Part shown: one piece after another, positions 51,352 through 57,701 of the stretch
How positions within the stretch are numbered: position 1 is the first letter of the stretch
How the letters are laid out: the number at the start of each line of letters is the position of its first letter
Assembly (NCBI GenBank): GCA_031416315.1
Contig: JANOTL010000111.1
Span: 1 to 57,701, forward strand
Length of the DNA: 57,701 nucleotides
Direction: 5' to 3'
From: Pseudomonadota bacterium
Lineage (GTDB): Bacteria > Bdellovibrionota_B > Oligoflexia > Oligoflexales > CAIYRB01
Translations under genes and position numbers: made by a program
Notes under the pieces: model-generated
Database searches by the model: none
What the model was told of the DNA's origin: nothing
Seen by the model: the letters and a program-made list of their open reading frames with translations, nothing else

Positions 51352-54251
51352 ACGCTGTTTGGGACTACTTTTCGTCGACGTCCTTCATGCCCCACGGGCA
51401 CTGCTACTTGTGGCGTCCCGACATTCTATGGATGAACGTGGCCTCTGACGCCGTCATTGCTGCGGCGTATTTCTCCATCCCAGTCTCGCTCGTCTATTTC
51501 GTGAAGCGCCGGCGCGACATGGGCTTCAGCGCGGTGTTCTGGCTGTTCGCGGCCTTCATCCTGCTCTGCGGGGCAACACACACGGTCGAGATCTGGACCG
51601 TATGGAATCCGAGCTACGGATTCCAAGGCGCCGTTAAGGCGGTAACGGCAGCCGTATCCGCTGCCACCGCCTTGATGCTTTGGCCGCTGATGCCAAAGGC
51701 CCTCGCTTTACCGAGCACCAAAGACCTCACCGAGGCGAATGCCAAGCTCAGCGGCGCCAACATGCGGATGGAAGCCGAGATTGCACGGCAGACGGCAGAG
51801 CTCCGGCTGAGCGAGCAGGCGTTTCGCGACACCTTCGATCTCGCTCCGGTCGGAATCGCGCATGTCGCCGTCGACGGCAAATGGCTTCGCGTCAACAGAG
51901 CCATGTGCGCCATCACGGGATATGACGAAGCGGATCTGATCGGCAAGACATTCGCCGACATTACCCACCCTGATGACGTCGAGAAAGACTGGAGCGAGAC
52001 GCGCCGCCTGATTGCAGGGGACATTGAGGTCTTCTCCATGGAGAAGCGCTATATCAAGTCAGACGGTGCGGTCGTCTGGGTCAACGTGACCGCGTCGGCG
52101 AAAAGGGGCGGCGACGGCATTCCACAGCATTTAATCAGTTGCGTCGACGACATCACGAGCCGAAAGCGAATCGAGGCGCAAGTAGAGGCAACTGCTGCCG
52201 CAGGACGTGAGAGCGAGTTGCGTGCTATATCCGCCGCCGCATTGGCAGAGACTGAGCGCAGGCGGCTCGATGCCGTATTGGAAGCGGCGCCGAACGGAAT
52301 ACTCGTCGCCGACGCGACAGGGATGATCGTTCGCAACAATCCAGGCAACCATAAGATATGGGGACCAGTCAGTTCCACGCAGTGGGTGGAAGAGTATCGG
52401 CAGTACAAAGGTTGGTGGGCAGACAACTCAAAACGCCACGGTCAGCCACTCGAGGTGGAAGAATGGGCCATGGCCCGCGCGCTTCGCGGCGAGACGGTCT
52501 ATGGCGACATCGTCGAAATCGAACCGTTTGACCGGCCCGGGACCCGCCTGAGCACGATGTTGAGCGCTGCGCCGGTCCTGGGCCCAACCGGGGATATTCA
52601 CGGCGCGATCACGGTGCAAACCGACATTTCCGAGCTTCTCAAGGCCCGAGTCGCCTGGGCCGAGATCGAGGCCAACTTCCAGCTCCTCGCCAACACGATC
52701 CCGCAACTCTGCTGGATGGCGCACGGCGACGGTCACATCTTTTGGTACAACCAGCGCTGGTACGACTACACCGGCACGACACTGGCGGAGATGGAGGGCT
52801 GGGGCTGGCAGAAAGTTCACCATCCAGAGCACGTCGACCGCGTTCTTAGCGAGGTCGAGGGACGCTGGCAAGCAGGCGAGCCATTCGAGATGACCTTCCC
52901 TCTTCGCAAGCATACAGGCGAGTACGGCTGGTTTTTGACGAGGGTCGAGCCGCTCAAGGACGCGAGTGGCAAAGTGTTTAGGTGGTTCGGCTCGAACACC
53001 GACATCAGCGAGCTCCGTCGGGCTGAAGAGGCGAACGTCGGCCTGTTTCGGGAAACCCAGCGTGCCTATGAGGAAGCAAAGCGCTCCAACAAGATGAAGG
53101 ACGAGTTTCTTGCGACTCTCAGTCACGAGCTGAGGACGCCGCTCAACGCGATCATCGGCCACGCGGAGCTAATCTCTCTGGAGGAGCCGGGAACCGCCGA
53201 TTTCGACGAGTCACTGGCGACCATCAAGCGCAATGCGCACGCCCAAAATGAGCTGATCAGCGACCTACTCGACGTCTCTCGCATCATCACCGGCAAGCTC
53301 GCCCTCGACATTGCGGTCGTCGAGCCCGAGCCCCTCGTTCGTTCGGCGGTCGCATCCATGCGCCTTGCCGCCGAGTCGAAGCGCGTCAAGCTTCTCGTCG
53401 CGATCGAGCCGGACATCGGCCCAGTCCTGGGAGACGCGAACCGGCTTCTACAGGTGCTCTGGAATCTTCTTTCGAATGCCATCAAATTCACCCCTAGCGG
53501 AGGCGAGGTCGAGATCCGGCTGAAGCGCAGCCGATCCAAAGTCCAGATAGACGTCGCCGACAGCGGCGAGGGCATCGAGCCGGCATTTCTGCCTTACGTC
53601 TTCGAGCGCTTTCGCCAGGAAGACGGATCGATGACGCGCCGCTACGGCGGCCTCGGCCTCGGCCTGGCCATCGTCCGTCACATCGTGGAGCTGCACGGCG
53701 GCACGGTCCTCGTCGAGAGCGACGGGAAAGGCAGGGGATCGACCTTCACGGTGTGCTTGCAACCTCTTGCCGTCCGGCCCGAGGTGGAAATGCAGGGCTT
53801 CAAGGAATGGGGGGCGGGACGAAGTCATGATCCGAGGGAGGATCTTGAGCTTCTTGCGCGGTCGAAGACCATCGACCTGACAGGAATCGCCGTCCTCGTC
53901 GTCGACGACGAAAAGGATGCCCGGGAGTTGGTCGCCAAAGTTCTCGAGCGAACGGGCGCCGCGGTCGAGCTAGCGGCCTCTGCCGAGGAGGGTCTTTACC
54001 TCGCAAAGACGGGGCGGTTCGACGTCTTCGTCTTTGACATCGGGATGCCGGTCGAGGACGGGATTTCCTTGATTAAGAACATTCGGTTGCTCGGCGGCAA
54101 AGTGGCGCTTACCCCGGCAATCGCCCTCACGGCATACGCCCGTCGAGAGGATCAACTTTTGACGACGAGTTCGGGCTATCAACAACATTTGACCAAGCCG
54201 GTCATGCCGGCAGTGCTGATACGTTCGGTCGCGAAGCTCGCGTCTAGGTGA
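51348..54251 (+). CDS. Hybrid kinase with ethylene-receptor-like TM domain, 3 PAS, HisKA/HATPase, REC
   Basis: 'FMPHGHCYLW', 'SDAVIAAAYFSIP', 'FILLCGATH', PAS motifs (ITHPDD, VHHPEH), 'FLATLSHELRTPL'. Confidence 0.93.
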   Translation: MNAVWDYFSSTSFMPHGHCYLWRPDILWMNVASDAVIAAAYFSIPVSLVYFVKRRRDMGFSAVFWLFAAFILLCGATHTVEIWTVWNPSYGFQGAVKAVTAAVSAATALMLWPLMPKALALPSTKDLTEANAKLSGANMRMEAEIARQTAELRLSEQAFRDTFDLAPVGIAHVAVDGKWLRVNRAMCAITGYDEADLIGKTFADITHPDDVEKDWSETRRLIAGDIEVFSMEKRYIKSDGAVVWVNVTASAKRGGDGIPQHLISCVDDITSRKRIEAQVEATAAAGRESELRAISAAALAETERRRLDAVLEAAPNGILVADATGMIVRNNPGNHKIWGPVSSTQWVEEYRQYKGWWADNSKRHGQPLEVEEWAMARALRGETVYGDIVEIEPFDRPGTRLSTMLSAAPVLGPTGDIHGAITVQTDISELLKARVAWAEIEANFQLLANTIPQLCWMAHGDGHIFWYNQRWYDYTGTTLAEMEGWGWQKVHHPEHVDRVLSEVEGRWQAGEPFEMTFPLRKHTGEYGWFLTRVEPLKDASGKVFRWFGSNTDISELRRAEEANVGLFRETQRAYEEAKRSNKMKDEFLATLSHELRTPLNAIIGHAELISLEEPGTADFDESLATIKRNAHAQNELISDLLDVSRIITGKLALDIAVVEPEPLVRSAVASMRLAAESKRVKLLVAIEPDIGPVLGDANRLLQVLWNLLSNAIKFTPSGGEVEIRLKRSRSKVQIDVADSGEGIEPAFLPYVFERFRQEDGSMTRRYGGLGLGLAIVRHIVELHGGTVLVESDGKGRGSTFTVCLQPLAVRPEVEMQGFKEWGAGRSHDPREDLELLARSKTIDLTGIAVLVVDDEKDARELVAKVLERTGAAVELAASAEEGLYLAKTGRFDVFVFDIGMPVEDGISLIKNIRLLGGKVALTPAIALTAYARREDQLLTTSSGYQQHLTKPVMPAVLIRSVAKLASR

Positions 54252-54369
54252 GGAGGGCAGGGAGCGACTTCGAGCGGCCGCAGAATCTGGCCCAGCGTCG
54301 TCACGGCAGTAAAGAATGGCAAGTCTCAATCCCTTAGGCTTGCCACGAACCTTTCAGGGAATCCAGGCC

Positions 54370-54669
54370 AGCACGTCTGGGTCGGCGGCGGGCCCTTTCT
54401 CGACGATCTCGCTGCGGCGATGGGCGTGCGGGGCGGCCGAAGAGGCCATTGCTCAGCGCGGCGACCCCGGCTCGCACATCAACGTGCGGACCTATCGGCT
54501 GTCCGCCACGGCGCGCGCCGAGCTCGAGCGCGAGCTAAAACGCCTGCACGCGGAATTTCAGACGCGGTCAATGCGCGAGGAGTTGTCCATGGACCGCGAG
54601 GACTTGGCGCAAGTGCGTTTCGTCAGCGTCCTCGCGCCCGGTGGGTTCTTGAAGCCGCGGCGTTCGTGA
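54370..54669 (+). pseudogene. 5'-truncated remnant, possibly C-terminal part of an HTH regulator
   Basis: 'TYRLSATARAELERELKRLHAEF' looks like real coding sequence. An upstream 'HVWVGGGPFLDD' lies in a neighbouring frame, and there is no room for an N-terminal domain. Confidence 0.3.
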
Positions 54670-54688
54670 GCGAATGGGACGCGGGCCA

Positions 54689-55927
54689 TCACGAGACTGT
54701 CGTCGTTAGCAAGTGACGCAGCAACCCAAAGGCCGCGCCGCTGCCGACGACACCTAGGATGCCGACCTTCTTGCTTTGCAGCGCGACGAGCGCCACGACG
54801 AAAACGACGACCGCGACGGCTTCGACGAAGACGTGTTGCCCGAGCCAGACGCCCAAGCTAATGATCACCCCGACGACGATCGCCGAGATCGCGGCGAACG
54901 CGCGGCGCAGGACGGCCAGCTCGCGGATCCGGGAGATCCACGGCGCGCCGAGGAAGATGAAAAGGAAGCAGGGCGCGAACGTCGCCCAGGTGACGACCAA
55001 GGCTCCGGCCGTAGCAAAGCCGAGCGATGGCGTCTCGTTCCAGGCGGCCATGAAGCCGACGAACTGCAGCACCATGATCAGCGGCCCTGGCGTCGTCTCG
55101 GCGAAAGCTAGGCCGGCAAGCATCGCTTCGGTCGTCAGCCAATGATGCTGCTCGACCGCTTCGCGAGCCACGTGGGGCAGGACCGCGTAGGCGCCGCCGA
55201 ACGTCATCACGGCGACGCGGCTGAAGAAGCTGCCGAGCTGGTAGAGCACGTGGTCCGCGCCAAGAGAGACGCGTATTGCAAGAAGAGGCAAGAGCCATGC
55301 GGACAACCCAATGGCCAGGACCCGCGCCGCGCCGGCAAACGTCCCGTGGGCGCGTGGGTTCGGCGACGGCGCGAGCGGCTGGTCGTCGGGCCCTCCGCGG
55401 TGCAGGATGCCGATGACGACGGCGACGGCGAGGACCCAGGGGAAGGGCACCTTGAAGCCAAAGATGGCCGTAAAGGCGGCCGCGGCGAGTGCGCGCTCGA
55501 AATTCGACTTCAGCACCTTGCCGGCCAAGCGCAAAGCCGATGCTGCGACGATCGCGACGACGACCGGTTGGATGCCGAGCAACATCGCCAGGAACCAAGG
55601 TTGGGAGCCCTGCGTGACGTAGAGGACGCTGAGCAACCACAGCACGAACATACTAGGAATGATGAATAGAAGTCCCGCGACGAGCCCGCCGCGCACGCCG
55701 TGCAGAAGCCAACCGACGTACACCGCGAGTTGTTGCGCCTCGGGCCCGGGAAGCAGCATGCAGAAGCTGAGGCCGTCGCGAAACTCGGCCTCGTCGACCC
55801 AGCGCCGCTTCTCGACGAACTCGCGGTGCATCAGCGCGATCTGCGCCGCGGGACCGCCGAAGCTGATGCAGCCGAGTTTTGCCCAAAAGCGCAGCGCTTC
55901 TCGGAAGGGGGGAGGAAGAGGGGTCAT
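54689..55927 (-). CDS. chrA: Chromate efflux transporter (long-chain CHR)
   Basis: 'LGCISFGGPAAQIA', 'MLLPGPEAQQLA', 'TFGGAYAVLP', 'AETTPGPLIMV'. Confidence 0.95.
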   Translation of the reverse strand: MTPLPPPFREALRFWAKLGCISFGGPAAQIALMHREFVEKRRWVDEAEFRDGLSFCMLLPGPEAQQLAVYVGWLLHGVRGGLVAGLLFIIPSMFVLWLLSVLYVTQGSQPWFLAMLLGIQPVVVAIVAASALRLAGKVLKSNFERALAAAAFTAIFGFKVPFPWVLAVAVVIGILHRGGPDDQPLAPSPNPRAHGTFAGAARVLAIGLSAWLLPLLAIRVSLGADHVLYQLGSFFSRVAVMTFGGAYAVLPHVAREAVEQHHWLTTEAMLAGLAFAETTPGPLIMVLQFVGFMAAWNETPSLGFATAGALVVTWATFAPCFLFIFLGAPWISRIRELAVLRRAFAAISAIVVGVIISLGVWLGQHVFVEAVAVVVFVVALVALQSKKVGILGVVGSGAAFGLLRHLLTTTVS

Positions 55928-56091
55928 CGCCGAACGTTAGCACGAACTTGACGCCCGTACACCCTACGAGAACTCCAGCCTTTCAAGGCTCGGGTTGCAG
56001 AAATCTCACGACGTCCTAAGGGAACTCCGCTTCATTCGCCGCACCGGCCGCGATCACGTCTTCACTCAGGTCAAGTGACGTCGAGGCTCTT

Positions 56092-57701
56092 TCACATCTC
56101 CACCACCGCGCCAAGCTCGACCGCCTTCTCCGCCGGAATCTGAAAGTAGTCAGTGGCGCGCTGCGCATTGCGCGTCATGAAGGCGAAGAGATGCTCGCGC
56201 CAGATCGCCATGCCCGGCTTGTTCGTCGCGATGAGCGTCTCGCGCCCCAAAAAGAACGTCGTCTGACTGATCTCGATCGGCAAGCCGTTCGCCGAGCACT
56301 GCCGGAGGATTGCCGGGACGTCGGGCGCCTCCATGAATCCGAAGCGGGCGACGACGCGATGGATGCCTTTGCCGCACGCCGTCACCTCGAGGCGCTCGTC
56401 CGCGGAAACGTGCGGTGATTCGTCCGTCTGCATGGTCAAGATCACCACGGTCTCGTGGACGACCATGTTGTGCGTCATGTTCAAGACCAGCGCCGAGGGC
56501 GTCCCGCGGGGGACGGCGGTCATGAAGACCGCGACCCCGGGAATCCGCGCCCGAGCCGCGGGAAGCGACTCCTCCATGAAGCGCTCGAGCGGCGTGGAGC
56601 GCGCCGACAAGCGCTCGGCGAGAATCCGGCGGCCTTCCTTCCAAGTCGTCATCAGCGTGTACACGACGGCCGCCAGCGCCAGCGGGACCCAGCCGCCGTC
56701 GAGGATCTTGAGCGCGTTGGCGCCGAAGAACGCCAGGTCGACGACGAGAAAAACGCCCGCGAGCGGTAGTGCGATCCAACGGCTCCAACGCCACCGCCTG
56801 CGCATGACGATGTAGGTGAAGACCGTCGTGATCCCCATCGTCCCGGTGACCGCGATGCCGTAGGCAGCGGCGAGGCGGCTGGAGCTTTGAAACTCGAAGA
56901 CGAGATAGAGCGTCCCGATGAGCAGCGCCCAGTTCACGAAAGGGACGTAGATCTGGCCGATCGCCTGAGCCGAGGTGTGCTTGACCGTCAGACGCGGCAG
57001 ATAGCCGAGCTGGATGGCCTGCTGCGTCAACGAGTACGCGCCGGTAATCATCGCCTGTGAGGCGATGATGGCGGCCGCCGTCGCGAGGCCGACCAGCGGA
57101 TAAAGCGCCCAGGCGGGCGCCAGGAGGTAAAACGGGTTCGCCGCCGCCGTCGGGTCCTTCAGCAGCAACGCGCCTTGCCCGAGATACTGCAGCGTGAGCC
57201 CAGGCAGGGCGACGCAGAACCAGCCGAGCTGGATCGGCCGCCGACCGAAGTGGCCCAAATCGGCATAGAGCGCCTCGCCCCCGGTCACGACGAGAAACAC
57301 GCTGCCGAGCACGATGAAACCTTGCCACGAGTTGACCCGGAAAAAGTCGACGGCATGCCTCGGGTCGAGCGCCGTGAGGACCCGGGGTTCGTTGAGGACG
57401 CCGAGGAAGCCCAAGAGGCCGATGACCACGAACCAAAGCAGGATCACGGGCCCGAAAACCTTGCCGATGCGGGCCGTACCGTGGCTTTGGACGACGAACA
57501 GGGCCACCAGAATCGCCGCCGCGATCACCAGGATGTAGGGCTCGAAGAGGGGTGTCGCCACCTTCAAGCCTTCGACCGCGCTGAGGACCGTGACGGCCGG
57601 CGTGATGATGCCGTCGCCATAAAGAAGGGCCGACCCGAAGAGCCCGAGCGCGACGAGAACGGCGAGCGAGCGCTTCCCGCCGGACCTGGACTTCGGCAGG
57701 G
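56092..57701 (-). CDS. kup: KUP/HAK/KT potassium transporter (5' end outside window)
   Basis: 'LLYGDGIITPAVTVLSAVEGL', 'TGGEALYADLGHFG', 'GQIYVPFVNW', 'LAAAYGIAV', 'FFLGRETL'. Confidence 0.97.
   Translation of the reverse strand, partial: LPKSRSGGKRSLAVLVALGLFGSALLYGDGIITPAVTVLSAVEGLKVATPLFEPYILVIAAAILVALFVVQSHGTARIGKVFGPVILLWFVVIGLLGFLGVLNEPRVLTALDPRHAVDFFRVNSWQGFIVLGSVFLVVTGGEALYADLGHFGRRPIQLGWFCVALPGLTLQYLGQGALLLKDPTAAANPFYLLAPAWALYPLVGLATAAAIIASQAMITGAYSLTQQAIQLGYLPRLTVKHTSAQAIGQIYVPFVNWALLIGTLYLVFEFQSSSRLAAAYGIAVTGTMGITTVFTYIVMRRRWRWSRWIALPLAGVFLVVDLAFFGANALKILDGGWVPLALAAVVYTLMTTWKEGRRILAERLSARSTPLERFMEESLPAARARIPGVAVFMTAVPRGTPSALVLNMTHNMVVHETVVILTMQTDESPHVSADERLEVTACGKGIHRVVARFGFMEAPDVPAILRQCSANGLPIEISQTTFFLGRETLIATNKPGMAIWREHLFAFMTRNAQRATDYFQIPAEKAVELGAVVEM

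Noticed and set aside
56150..57436. 428-aa alternative-frame ORF, and other long Arg/Ala/Pro-rich overlapping ORFs (e.g. 2016..2885, 34708..35661)
   Set aside because: High-GC frame or antisense shadows of recognisable genes such as kup, TIGR02147 and dsbA-like.

Overview
High-GC bacterial chromosomal window, most likely Bdellovibrionota (possibly Oligoflexia). This is inferred from a TIGR02147-type regulator, an NGG/HExxY secreted protein and a close homologue of Bdellovibrio ferroportin. It has four blocks. (1) 1-2.7 kb: a TIGR02147 regulator coupled to an ankyrin-repeat lipoprotein that the ORF track misses. (2) About 3-36.8 kb: a heavy-metal island with HupE/UreJ, ferroportin, His-rich proteins, two convergent HME-RND (Czc/Cus-like) pumps, DsbA, ArsR and a truncated CDF. 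(3) About 36.9-54.3 kb: two lipoproteins, a multicopper oxidase fused to a beta-barrel, and a signalling cluster (GAF-GAF hybrid kinase, CheR, CheB, and an ethylene-receptor-like PAS kinase). (4) ChrA and a partial Kup. The best candidate for an undescribed system is the ~19 kb minus-strand run 16986-35724. There czcCBA is interleaved with four secreted or lipid-anchored proteins built from ~15 copies of one ~100-110 aa beta-rich repeat I do not recognise, plus an OM barrel, a TPR-like protein, a disulfide-module protein, an extra hairpin-less adaptor, an apparently barrel-less TolC-like lipoprotein and DsbA. Each pump also carries its own copy of a small two-Cys protein and a leader-like ORF. 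Two genes contain in-frame TGA codons (BON lipoprotein, ferroportin). All calls come from motif recognition by eye; no database searches were run.
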